Origin: Paraspadella gotoi
Lineage: Eukaryota; Animalia; Chaetognatha
Length of the DNA: 64,000 nucleotides
Assembly: GCA_051294375.1 (NCBI GenBank)
Contig: CM119263.1
Span: 330,019 to 394,018 of the forward strand
Direction: 5' to 3'
In this document: piece after piece, positions 15,001-33,540 of the stretch
Numbering within the stretch: position 1 is the stretch's first letter
Layout: every line of letters starts with the position of its first letter
Position numbers and translations under genes: made by a program
Notes under the pieces: generated by a model
Databases searched by the model: none
Told to the model about the DNA's origin: nothing
What the model saw: only the letters and a program-made list of their open reading frames with translations

Positions 15001-16260
15001 TCCGCCCCCCTCTACGTCTTAGCCAAGCCTCTCCGCTACGCCAGCTTCATGAGCGTCAAACGGGCGTCAATGTGTCTCTGTCTGTTATGGATCGCTGGCG
15101 CCGCCGCCGCCGCCATCAACGTCATGACGCTCGACGTTTATCGCAACGCCACGTCATCGTCCGCGTCGTCGTCGGCGGTTGCTGCGGCGGCGATGCCGCG
15201 GTCCCAGCAGCTGCCGCAGGTGAACCACCTTTTGCGGCAGCAGCACGATACGCAGCAGCAGCGACGTCGAACGTCTCAGGTGTGGAAACGAGGAACGGAA
15301 AGAAAGTCTTCGCTTTCGGACGAAAATTCGTTGGGAAAAACGAAAAATGAAGTTGGGAATTTTGGCGGGAAAAATGGGAAGTTGGAATCGAATGGAATCG
15401 ATCGTTGGATTCATTTTGGATTAAATCTAGACGACGATAACGACGACGATAACGACGACGATAACGACGACGACGATTCTCCCGCTTCATCCCAGAAAAT
15501 AACACGTAAAACTTTGCGGAATACTCAGCGCCGTAACGAAAAATTGCGACATGCCAGTGTTAAGCTCAAACTGTCTAACCCTCAAAACCTGATAGAAAAG
15601 AATACTAAGCTCAAAACCTCGTTAAGCGAAAGATCTAAAACCCGAACATCCCTCGTGACTAATTCGTATCCCATCGTCTCGCACTACGTATGCGTCATTC
15701 ACCCATCCAATTCTAAGTGAGTTTTGTTTTGTTTTGTTTTGTTTTAACTGACGAATGAGAGACAAATATTTTAAATAGGAAAATCTATCTAAAAAAAAAA
15801 AGGAAACTTTGGCCTGACTTGCCTCGGGCTTCTCTATAAATGCTTTCAGGGGCTTCGGATCATGCCATGCCATGCTCTGACTCGTTTTGTCGATAAAACT
15901 ATTTGTCCTTAGCTTTATTAGGTAAATGCTGTGTTTTTGTGTTTAAATCAAGAATAAATGGTGTATCGCCTTTCTCTATTTGACTATTTTCATAAAAATG
16001 CCTTTTTTTTTCTTTCATGCAGTCCTTACCTTTCTTGGAGCTTTTTTGGTTTCCATCTTTCTCTCTGTTACCTTTTGCCTTTCGCCTTTCTACTTTTCTG
16101 CTACATTCATATTTTTCTCATAGCACGTTCTCAAAGGTAAGCAGCGCCCGACATCCTCGTTAAGTGTCCAATGGACTGTCCATATTAAATGTCTCTCTCT
16201 CTTTATCTCTCTCTCTCTCTCTCTTTGCCTCATGTCTCTTCTCTCTTTCTCCTATTTCTT

Positions 16261-16342
<82 letters not shown>

Positions 16343-19300
16343 TCTCTCTCTCTCTCTCTCTCTCTCTTCTCCGTTCTCTCTGCATCTTCCTTTAATTAAC
16401 GACCAAAGCCTCTTTAGTTTAGAAAATAAAAACGACGAAGAGATTAAAAAAAAAAAGAAAAGTGATTTTTATTTTGCGGTTTTATTATTCTCCTACACAG
16501 TGTACTTTATCATGAAAACTTATAATCTATGCACTGAGCTTATACTCGGTTTTCTTTTAAAATTTATTTTAAAGTGTGCGAACTATGTATAACTTGACGA
16601 ATTTTAATTGAGTATTGCTGAATCCTCATTGACCCCCAGAAGAAGAAAGGTTAAAATTATTAAGTAAAACCATTTTTACTAAGTGACAATATTCATAACA
16701 TTATTTTTTTAAATGAATCAATTCATAATGATATGAATATAATCAATAAACAAAGTTCCCATTCGAATTCCATCAGCAAAAAGATCACCATGGTTATTCA
16801 CTTGGTTTCGATTCTGCAAATGCCAATCGCCAGAGAAATGAAACGATCGAGTCTCCATCAAGTCTTTCAGGGTCACAAAGCAATGGCCACAATTTGTCTC
16901 GTTTTAGGTAAGTCGCTTTCGTCCCTTTGCTCCAAGAGGGTAAGTGACAACATCCTCTCACTTACCCTGATTGTTGGGATTCCCGGTTTATTTCAGCTTC
17001 GGATAAGAACATTGTTGGAACATTGCTTAATATCGACTTAATATTAATTCAATCCAAATATTAAAATATAAATGTGACTACTGGATATTTATTATTTAAT
17101 ATTTATTAAAGGAGGAGAAGGAGTCACGGGTGAGACGAGCAGCAGCTCAAAGCTGCATAAAAACCTTAAATTAATTAACATATACAAACAAATTTGCAAA
17201 CTTCATTTAATGCCTGATGGTCTCAGAGAAATCTCCAAAGAATTAAAAATTATTAACAACTAATTAGAGAAGAGTTCACATTTTAAGAATACAAATCAAA
17301 ACATCTCCTACTAGATATTATAAACCAATGAGTCATCTAATTCAAATTCAAAGGTTTGAGCTTTTAAAAATTAAAAGGTCAGGGCTCAATTCAGATAAAA
17401 AATATTATAAACTCTTTAACACAGATCTTCCTTTTCACTCACCTTACTCATACCCGACCACCCTCGTCTTTTCTTCCTTATTTTCTAAGAACGCCCCATT
17501 TCATCTAAATTTCGGTTTAATTTAGGTTTAAAAAACAAGTTAAATATTAAGGATAATAGTTAGGTTAGGTTATGAAAGTAAAGGATTTGGTTAAAGGTTC
17601 CGTAAAGTATTTAGTAAAAGATTATAATTAAATATTTGTATTAAAACTAAATTCCAGGATTAGGAAAAGAAATGGGACGCTTCCGGAAAATAGTACCGGA
17701 TATTCCTTTTTCACCGACAGGATCGTTCTCCCTCAACTTTTTCCCTCATTGGCTGTTGGTGGCGTTGCGTTCCATTGCCTCCTTGCATCCATTCACATCC
17801 GTGATTCCATCGCAAATGGACGTCGTTGCTGTTTTCCTTTTCTATTCTTACCCAACGACTCACGCCTTCGTTTATGGATTTAAGGAAAAGTTTTTGAAGG
17901 TGAGTTCAAGGTCATTGGATCATTTGGTTTGATAACTAAGTCCCTTTGAGATATTCTTGTGTTGTGTGTAAGCTTGTACTAATCTGGAATTACTGAACGA
18001 TTTTATTAAATAAAATATTATTTCTACTAAGTTTCAATTTTTTTTCTTGTATGCAATAAATTCTCAGCTATAATTCGAACAATTTTATTAAAAATGAATT
18101 AGCCATAGTGTAATCCTTTCTGTTTCCTTGCGATTTAGAATTGTAGAGAAAACAAAATTTTATTTTTGTGTGACAAAACAACGATTTTATTAGATATTAG
18201 CAGACATGTTTCGACTCTTGTTGCAAGCCATCATCAGCGCTTTTGATGGCTTGCAACAAGAGTCTGCTAATATCTAATAAAATCATTGCTTTGTCACACA
18301 AAAATGAAACTTTGTTTTCTCTAAAAATGAATTAAAAAACTTTTTTGAACTATTTTACATAGTAACAGAAGCAGAAAAACTTTGCGCCAAATATAGTTAA
18401 ATAGTAAAATAAAGTTAAATCTTACTTTATTTTTAGGATCAAATTCATGCAATGGTCACAAAATATTTGTTCAAACGTCAGTGGCGGAAAGAAAAGCGTC
18501 AGGCGTCCAAATTGTATCAGGTCAGTTAAATCGTGATCAAAACTAAGTTGAGAAAAAATTGACAAAATGCAGACAACTCATTGTAAAAACTTCAACGAAA
18601 CAATTGACAAAACATCGGTATATAAATATATATTTATATTGAAGAGACAGTAAGTATTGTTATAGTTATGACAGAACCGTTCAATATAAGCAGTCCCTGA
18701 CCTTCGGATCAGGCTGTAACACCATGTTACAGGCGGGTTAAGCCACCGTCCTCTTAACTGCTAGGCGGCCACCGGGCTAGAACCCCGGACCTTTGGTTGG
18801 GAGGCGAATGACTTGCCTCCGGCACCAATGGCCGCTGATGAATGGTTGGTGGATTTTAGTCTACCATACATCCCCCTCCCGTAGGGAGAAATCTGTGCGT
18901 CTCTTCAGTGAATTGTTGTGTGGAAAGTGTGTCACCAAGTTGAGGCATGTGCCTGATAAGTTGTTGGCGGAAAGTGCATCGCCAGGTTGAGGCTGTCGCC
19001 TAAAAGTGTTGTTGCTGTTGTGTTCGGAAGTCGGCTCACCAATGAAGAGACAGTAATTATTGTTATATGTTAATGACAGAACCGTTCAATATAAGCAGTC
19101 CCTGACCTTTGGATCAGGTTGTAACACCATGTTACAGGCGGGTTAAGCGCCCCGTCCCTCTTAACTGCTAGGCGGCCACCGGGCTAGAACCCCGGACCTT
19201 TGGTTGGGAGGTGAATGACTTGCCTCCGGCACCAATGGCCGGCTGAATGAACGGTTGGTGGATTTTAGTCTACCATAATATGCCATATGTATATTGACAA

Positions 19301-19928
19301 AACTTTGGGAGTGAATAAACGAGACTGCGAGAGAATCTTGATTAAAAGCTCGCAGTCCTGCTATGTCATTAACTTGTAAGAGTGATGCAGGGCTTAACTC
19401 ACCAATGCCTGTCCAGGATAACTTATCTACTAAATGGTTGAACCAATTTCTTAAATTAACCTGAAATTATGACGATAGGGAAATTAATCGATTACAAAAC
19501 AATAACAAAACAATAACAAAACACTGACAAAACAAAACAAAACACTGAGATGAGTGGGACCATAAAAATTCCCCTTTTTAATTTTTCACTGGAAAGGAAC
19601 AAATGATGATGCGCAGTAACTCGAAACTTCTGGGTGTGGATTCAACTCGTCAAAGTCTCATCAGTCACTCCGCCAGTCAACCAAATCTCAGCCAACAATT
19701 CCACCAGACAGGTTCGCGCTTTGTAAATATTTTTAATTAAATTATTTAATTTGATTAAAAGCGTTCGTGATTTGCAGGGATTTAAATCGGTTTTTATTAT
19801 TATCATTATTGTTATGATTAAAAAAGCGAACGGAGTTTTCCACTCGGATATATATGCGAAGAGGGTTGAGGATCAAGGGCAACCATTTGATCACCCTTCG
19901 GCCACCTCATTCAGTCTCTCTCTCGAAG
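12053..19928 (+). CDS. Orphan rhodopsin-family (class A) GPCR, multi-exon (exons 1-9/10)
   Basis: Phase-consistent GT-AG exons read manually: 12053-12263 (N-terminus with 4x NAS sequons, TM1 start), 14125-14323 (GAISNIVVLATV..LIGHLAFVG..SMSCK), 14701-14786 (TM3 SIWNVTLLAWDKHQSI), 15023-15716 (KPLRY, TM4 LCLLWI, long ECL2 ending YVCVIHP), 16023-16136 (TM5 YLLPFAFLLFCYIHIFLIARSQ), 16777-16907 (KAMATICLVLG), 17721-17899 (FSLNFFPHW..THAFVYG), 18437-18520, 19597-19711, possibly 19827-19928. Confidence 0.85.
18145..18322. mobile_element. Penelope-like element pLTR remnant folded as a ~180-bp hairpin
   Basis: Near-perfect inverted repeat containing the CTGATGA..GTCGAAACATGTC motif; mirror at ~21685-21860. 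Confidence 0.65.
18199..18241 (-). ncRNA. Minimal type I hammerhead ribozyme (PLE type)
   Basis: Minus strand: agcg-CUGAUGA-u-ggcu..aguc-GAA-ACAUGU-C-ugcu. Core intact, 4-bp stem I, stem II, palindromic ACAUGU stem III. Confidence 0.7.
18640..19277 (-). mobile_element. TRIM (miniature LTR retrotransposon) with tRNA-like LTRs, Helenus-like
   Basis: Two ~230-bp direct repeats (18640-18868, 19043-19277) around ~175 bp; PBS-like TGGTGAGCCGAC 1 nt after the 5' LTR; PPT GGGAGGGGGA before the 3' LTR; ATAT TSD. Confidence 0.85.
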
Positions 19929-20003
19929 TAAGTTAAGTTAAGTGAAGGGAATTTTGTGAAAGTACGAAATTAAAAAGTGAATCGAAAATATTGTTTAATG
20001 CTC

Positions 20004-20099
<96 letters not shown>

Positions 20100-20290
20100 A
20101 ATGAGGTGGCCGAAGGGTGATCAAATGGTTGCCCTTATCCTCAACCCTCTTCGCATATATATCCGAGTGGAAAACTCCGTTCGCTTTTTTAATCATAACA
20201 ATAATGATAATAATAAAAACGATTTAAATCCCTGCAAATCACGAACGCTTTTAATCAAATTAAATAATTTAATTAAAAATATTTACAAAG

Positions 20291-25845
<5,555 letters not shown>

Positions 25846-26847
25846 CTAGGGATCGTGATCGGATTAAGTTTGTTAAAATATAAAACTAATAACCGAAGCA
25901 TGATATATATCGTTATCTTTTTAAAAAGTCATATTTGTACTAATTAAAGTCAAAATTAAAAATTCTTTGGTGACAGCACAAAATTCTATGAGCATTATTA
26001 CAAAAAAATATTTTTCATTAAACAGAACAAAACTTCTTTTCTTAAAAGGTCGCCCGGTCGCCGATGAGTACACGTCATCGTGAAACTAAAAAAAAGTGAT
26101 ATAACAACTAACAAGTGAGAGTACATAATAATTGACAAACGTATTGGTCATTCTGTCACTTGTGTCAAAAACGACATCCACGAGAGAAGACGTCAGCGAA
26201 GTTGAAATCAAAAGCCGCAAAATCGATTTCCGCTCATCGTGTTTAAGGCGATTTTTTTTTGCGCAGCGCAAGCAGCAGCTGCAGGAGCGACGGCAGCTGT
26301 AAACTTAAGCTGTTATAAACAACGTGAAAATTGTGTTCTTGTAAATTTCGAGGAACGACTACTAATGCCTCGTAACATGGACGGGTAGTTTCAACTTTCA
26401 AGGAAGAAAAACTTATGTATGGTTATGTGACACTAGTCTTTTGAGTGAGAAAGAAATAGGAAAAAAAAAGTTTGGCAAGCCAGCTCCGGAAAAAGCGGGC
26501 ACAACTTAGTTTTCGTGAACGGTGAATACGAGTAAAAACTTAATCTGGACCAGTACAGGCTTGACCAGCATAAAAAAATAGTTTTTTCATAACATGTATA
26601 TTGATTTTTATTGTTAATAACTATCAACATCCGAAAATTATTTCTGCGGACCGAGATTTGATTATCTCCCGAAAATTTAAAACTGTAGAAGACGAAAATA
26701 GGAGAAATAAAAGTAGGAAAAAGGTCATTAAAGACGTAAAGATATTAGGAGAGTTTTTTGAAAATAGGGCTTGATGATTTCTGAATGATCGAGAAAATAT
26801 CTCTCTCAAACAACAGTCAGAGNNNNNNNNNNNNNNNNNNNNNNNNN

Positions 26848-29800
26848 AAGAATGGACGTCCGTGAGGGAAAATGTTCAAAGATTTTTCCGACTGAAGATC
26901 CAATGCTCATCACTTTGATCAAGTCAGGATGGAGAGTTGATGCAGGCGGTTGGAGAAAGTGGAGCAAAAATACAAGAAGTCACGAGAGAAAGTTGCCAAG
27001 GCTCATGTTGATGCGAGGCAACTTAGGAAGATGTTGGAAGATCTCAAATTCAAGCTGACATGAGTCATTTTATGGTTTGATGAAGATTTTAGCGATGATG
27101 ATCAATCGCCACTTCAACATCTCTTCACAACAGCGCCCTCTTCAAAATGAGATGCTTATATAAGTCTCAACCACAGCATCAACATAATAACTACCCAGTC
27201 TCTCTCTACGCTTCTGCCTCGTAAGCAGACACTGCCTCAGTTGCATTCACAGTCAGATCCACAGCCTCTGCCTAAATTTCATGAGAGGCCAAAGCTTCCT
27301 CTACGGCCTCGCCTCAACCACACCGCCTCTACAACCTCTGTTGCTACACAGCATATCACAGCCTCTGCCTCATTCTCCTGAAGAACCACAGCTTTCTCTG
27401 CAGCTTGCCCCACCACAGCTGCCTCTGTTGCATCACCGCCAGATCCACAGCCTCTGCCTCAATTTCCTAAAGAGCCACAGCTTCCTCTAGGCCCTGTTTC
27501 CACCACGCTGCCACTGTTTCATCCACAGCCAGATCACAGTCTCTGCGCTCAATTCCCTAAGAGCCACAGCTTCCTCTACGACCATGCCCCCACACAGCCG
27601 CCTCTGCAACCTCTGTTGCATACACAGCCAGATTCACAGCCTCTGCCTCAATCTCCTAAAGGCCACAGCTTCCTCTTACGACCACTGCCCCCACTACACC
27701 TCTGTTGCATCCACAGTCAGATTCACAGCTCTAACTCAATCTCCTAAAGAGCCAGAGCTTCCTCTACGGCCTCTGTTTCCACCACAGCTGCCTTTGTTGC
27801 ATCCACAGCCAGATCCACAGCCTCTGCCTCATATTTCTTAAAGAGCCACAGCTTCCTTACGACCACTGCCTCCACCACAGCCGCCTCTACAACCTCTGTT
27901 GCATCACAGTCAGATCACAGGCCTCTGACTCAATCTCCTGAAGAACCACAGCTTTCTCTGCCAGCCTCTGCCTCCACACATGCCCTGTTGCATTCACAGC
28001 CAGATCCACAGCCTCTGCCTCAATTCCTAAAGAGCACAGCTTCCTCTAGGGCCCCTGTTTCCACCACAGCTGCATCTGTTGCATCCACAGCCAGATCCAC
28101 AGTCTCTGCCTCAATCTCCTAAGAGCCACAGCTTCCTCTACGACCACTGCCCCCACCACAGCCGCCTCTACAACCTTCTGTTGCATTCACAGTCAGATTC
28201 ACAGCCTCTGACTCAATCTCTCTAAAGATCACAGTTTTCTCTACGGCCTCTGTTTCCACCACAGCTGCTCTGTTGCATCCACAGCCATATCCACAGCCTC
28301 TGCCTCAATTTCTTAAAGAGCCACCAGCTTCCTCTACGACCACGCCTCCACCACAGCCGCCTCTACAACCTCTGTGCATCCACAGCCAGATAAAAAGCCT
28401 CTGCCTGAACCTCCTACACATTCCAATATATCCTTACAGCCTCAGCAACCACTCCAGTCCCGACCATCCCTGCTGCCTGATCCTCAACAGCCTTCAGCGA
28501 CTTAATTCATGGAGAAATTTTCCCAGGAACTTCCGCCTCCTGGACATCACCATTAATTGTGATCAAACTCCAGAGCAAAATCAAGATGAAATTCAAGGAC
28601 TAAATCGGGTTCATAGTCAAGGACCACTTTTTCAAGAGACAAGGAATTCCCTTCCTTAGTAAGTAGCTGATTCAAACAATTTGCTCATATTTTTTTTTTT
28701 GAATAATTATAATTTACTTTTTTCATTATTGTCTTTCTTCATTTCTTTTTTTCTTTTTTATTAGTTGCGCCGCGAGTACTCACGGAGCAACTCTATAAAT
28801 CACTTTTCGGTCGGTCTGTCGGCGGTCCGTTGGTCGGGTCAGTATGTTTGTCCATCGGTCTGTACACTTATATTAAAAATGCATATAATTTCCCTATAGT
28901 TGGGCTGCATTTTGTTAAGACAGAAAAACCTCAAACCTAAGTACTGCTAGAGCCGCCTTCAGGAAATCCCTAAAACTAAAATAGAATAAAAGACGAATTT
29001 TGATGCAGTGCATGTCATAAATACACGGCCTAAGAAAGTATTGTCGTCATGTTATCATGTTATGTCTCGTCATGTCCACCTCATATCACATCATGTTATG
29101 TTACGAGAAATACATGTGATAAGGCAGTCACTGCGGCGCAACACATTTTTAATTACCGTTCTTGTTTTTTTTCTTAAATTTTGTTCCACTATTTTTTGAA
29201 TCTATTTTTTGATTTTTTGATATTTTCATAGATTTTTTTAATAATATGTTTGAAATATCATCTTTAATTAGTTATTTATTTTTTAACAAAAATCAAACCA
29301 GCTTGCCTGACGGTGTTACGGACGACCCCGTCTTCCAACAACATCTCGACCTCCCTCTTTCTCTTCGCCTCATCTCTTCTCCTCCAATTTTTTAAATCCC
29401 CCTTTCCTCTCTTGCCCCTTCACGGTGATGCTGGGACTGGCAAAAAGATCTTCATCGGGCGAAGGATTCGTCGCCGCAGAAGTCGATGAGCGAATCTTAT
29501 TCTGGTCGCGAGTACAAAAGAATCCGGACGATCAACTTGGCAGGGCTAGTCTCCTCCCCATCGATGTGGTCTTCATGGCCGAAGTCGATTCTCTCGATCT
29601 TCGATGGCATCGAATTCAAGCAACGGGGCACATTCCACCAAAACTTCATTCGCCGCTTTTGCTGTGTTAGAAAAACTGATTTACTTATTTGGCGGCAGCA
29701 TAGGCTTTCGGATGTTAACGAATGAGATCTACTCTCTCTCGCCCTTTGGCGAATTCAAGCATCTCATTCCTGTTGGTGATGTTCCTTCGCAAGATGGGCG

Positions 29801-30432
29801 AGGTCAAAGTGATGGAGTTTCGAAGGGAAACTCTATTTCTTGGAGGACTCGGCCCAAAGGAGAAGGAGGCGATTGGGTGGAATTATATAGCAAGCCGGAA
29901 ATGTTTTTCAAACAATCAGTTTGTTCAATTCGATCAGAGAATAATTGTTTTTCTCCTTTTCCCTACAAAGGTCAACCGCCTTTCCCTCGAATCTTTTTTG
30001 CTGAAGCTCGATTGAAAGAGAAAATGTTTACATTCATGGCGGAATGTGTAATACATTTCTAACGATTTCCACTTTTTGAACATGAAAGTCAAAGTTGGTC
30101 ATCGCTGGCATTTGGTCTTCCTGCTGCCATTTGCCAAACACACCCTCTCCCCCATCTCTGCCTCTCAACTGGTCCTCGTCGGCGGGTCGTAACTCCTTCC
30201 GGTCCCTCGAAAGAAATTTTCGTTTTCGACGTCGAAGACTCGAGTTTTACAAAAGCTCAGAATCTTCCTTCTTATTTCTTCGGCGACGATGAAGGTTGTT
30301 CCGTATCGCGCGATCGTCGTCACGAAAGAAAAAGCGAGTGACGGGTCTACTCTGCGTCGCGAGGATTTCTTGATGACAATTATAACAAACATCCTAAAAT
30401 CATCATCAAATTCGAACTTTAACTTTCTACCT
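26848..30432 (+). other. Mirror partial copy of the HEPN-Kelch gene (HEPN N-terminus missing at the N gap)
   Basis: Reverse complement of ~39950-44596 with many indels; has only one copy of the ~1-kb block that is duplicated at 41779-43793. Confidence 0.75.
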
Positions 30433-31215
30433 GGTTGCATTTCCTTTACGTTGGCCAATCCATACAAAAATAGAATGTACAGGAGAGATTGAAACTGATT
30501 AACATTGGTTTTAGTCTATTATAAAAACCTAACATTTATTAGAATACAAAATCTTCTGATCAATTTTGTATTTTTGTCTTCTTTTAATAAATCAGTTAAT
30601 CAGTAAATCTGTAACGTATTGTCAAGAGTAATAATAAAAAGTTTTTACAGAGTTAGTTAATTTAATGCTGCATATATTAATTAAAAATGCAAAAATTCCT
30701 TATCTTATTTACAATATTTTTTTATTCAAGTTGAACAATTATCTTTACACATAAAAAACCCCCTTCCCATTCCTTCTCAACCACCTCAACAGTTTTTAGG
30801 CAAATCTTCATGTTTCAGATATTGGTACAACTTTGTCCTAGTCCTAGTCCTAGACTCTCTCACAGTCTTGTTTATTCCACTCCCATATTGCTTAAAAGAA
30901 GGACACCCTTAAGTATTAGTGTTTCATTTGTAATGTAAAATAAATTAGAAAAGCTTCTATATAAGTTTTTTTTTTTACTTTTTTTATTAGAAAATTAATA
31001 AATCAAGACTTTACTACGTAATATGTATAATTGTATATTTTATTATATATTGCATTGTATAAAATTGGATATTGTATATAATTGTATATTAGAAAAGATT
31101 AGCCTAATTCGTTTTTAATTCCTATAGAGAATCTTATAAGTTATAAGTATGATGGAGGCCTAAAACCACCAAAGCCTATCCAAAGTTGGAAGCAAGATAG
31201 CTATATTTATTGAAT

Positions 31216-31440
31216 TGAAGAGACAGTAATTATTAATAAGTGTTAAGGACAGAACAGTTCAATATAAAGCAGTCCCTGAGCTTCGGATTCAGGCTGTAAC
31301 ACCATGTTACAGGCGGGTTAAGCGCCCCGTCCCTCTAACTGCCAGACGACCACCGGACCTTTGGGTTGGGAGGCGAATGACTTGCCTCCGGCACCAATGG
31401 CCTTCTGATGAACGGTTTGGTGGATTTTAGTCCACCATTA
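31216..31440 (-). mobile_element. Mirror of solo LTR 38928-39148
   Basis: Reverse-complement match including the same deletion. Confidence 0.8.
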
Positions 31441-31527
31441 GAATGGAATGGATAATTTTTTTATTGGTTGTACCAATTTCATATATATAATGTTTTATCT
31501 AATATTAATTCGTTCGATTCCGATTAG

Positions 31528-32651
31528 ATCCTGGATGAGCCATCGTTTTCCTCCGTTTGAGAAATCAAAACCATCGGTTGTACTTACATGGGCAGCGTCT
31601 GGTCTCATGCCGCAGACCAATGACGCCGTCGGCAAGAAGCACGTGGTCGCGTTGGCGAATTCGCCTTCGCCATCAAGAAGCAGATGGAATACATCAACAT
31701 CAACAGCTGGAACAGATTCGTGCTCAGGTTTGGCGAGTGAGATTAATAATGCGGAAAATTGGGGTCGTAATGTCTAATGAACCAGTTGTACTTATTGTGA
31801 AAAAACAACGAAATATTGATGCAATATGAACTTTAAGTTTCGCTTGTCGATCAGTTCTAACCGAAAAACTGGAAACCTACAACTGTTGTCTAAAAATAAT
31901 TATTGTTGTTATTATAAGTTGGGCGAGAAATAAAACAATGTATTTCGAAAAATTAAACATTTTGGGATTGTAGATTGATTGATTGCTGATTCTTCAAAAA
32001 AAACAAACTTTACAGAGTGGGATTGAACGTGGGACCTGTCGTTGCCGGGGTGATCGGGGCCCGAAAGCCTCACTACGACATTTGGGGCAACGCGCGGTTA
32101 ACGTCGCCTCGCGGATGGAGTCTTGCGGGCAGGAGGATAGAATTCAGGTGATTTCAAGTTGTGTTAGGATTATATTCAGTATTCACAAGATTCAATTGAA
32201 GACGATATTCAGATCAAATTTAAATTTGAAATTTAAAATATAAATGTATAAGGTATAAAGAGATATTAATTTTAGTTTCGTTTATTGTCCTTGAAAAAGA
32301 TTGAAGAAGAAACTCGGTGATTATGTTTCCTCTTTTTTTTTTTTTTTTTATTTTTTTCTTCTTTTTCTTTCTTTTTCTTTTTCTTTTTTTTCTTCTTCAG
32401 GTGAAAAAGAAGTTCATCAAATTCTTTCTCCGCTTGGATTCCGTTTCGAGCGTCGCGGGGAGATCGAAGGTAAAATTTATTATTCTTTTAATTTGCCTAA
32501 TTATTTAGTTATTACCAATTTTTTAAATATCCCAGGTAAAGGGAAAGTCTGAACCTATTCTGACCTACTTTCTCGTGGGTCGACCACCCGATTTTCGCGC
32601 CCGCTTCATTACAGGACGCTTCGAAAGAAACGACGACCCAGATTGTATTAA
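31528..32651 (+). other. Mirror copy of the last four adenylyl cyclase exons
   Basis: Reverse complement of 37726-38841 with indels. Confidence 0.8.
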
Positions 32652-33540
32652 TTATTAGTTATAATTAAATATTTATTATGAAATAATGGATTGAAAATTC
32701 ATGCGTCGATGCGTCGCTCAAATAATTTTTTTATCTTTTGGTGTTTAGGTTTTTCGAAGAATTTAAACTTGTTACAAATGTTTTGTTGATCTTCGTAATA
32801 AAAGATTTATCAAATACTTCTTGTGTCTTTGATGTTTTTTTTATAAATACATTAGTTTAGAATATTTATTACGAAATATTAGTTGGTATATTTTTATGTC
32901 TAATTTCTTTTTTTAAACTTAGATCGCGTCCATTGGCCACAGGGCAATGTACATTGTACAATGTACAATATACCATAAACAATGTACATGATGACTTCCT
33001 TTTTTCTCTTTTATTCTTTATTTCGGGAAATTCATAAAAGCAACCATAAAACTATCCATTTATTTAATAGATAAGCTATTTTGTAAAGATTCCTTTGCGT
33101 TTAGTTATTAATTTACTTAAATAATCTCCTATCTTTCATTTACTCGAAATTATTCAGACAAATGACATCTAGGAGAAACTTTTTTTTGTATTTTACAGAG
33201 GTTTTTTTTCCAAACAAATAGATCTATCCGGTAGACGATAACAAGGGAAAAGTAGCCTATGTATGTATATATAATCTAAAAGATATCCTCTCTTCTAAAT
33301 GAGTTATTTTCATCGTCGGTTATTATGATGAGCACGTTGAAGTAATATTAGAATTTTTCGCCGTTTCTCCCCGAACAAGTTTTCGATCACAACTTGATTG
33401 GTCGTTTGTTCGTCGCTATTAGTTTCCGTCGTTTCCTCCGTTGTCGCTGGTAGTACTTCAATCTCAGCCGAATTGTTGTCGAACGACAAATGAACATTCG
33501 TTTTCCTTATAAAAGAAAAGGGCGTTGCTTATTTGTAATA

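Noticed and set aside
18830-18870. CTGATGA in the TRIM LTR as a retrozyme hammerhead
   Set aside because: No GAAA or stem III follows, so the core is incomplete. The same applies to the minus-strand CTGATGA near 7985.
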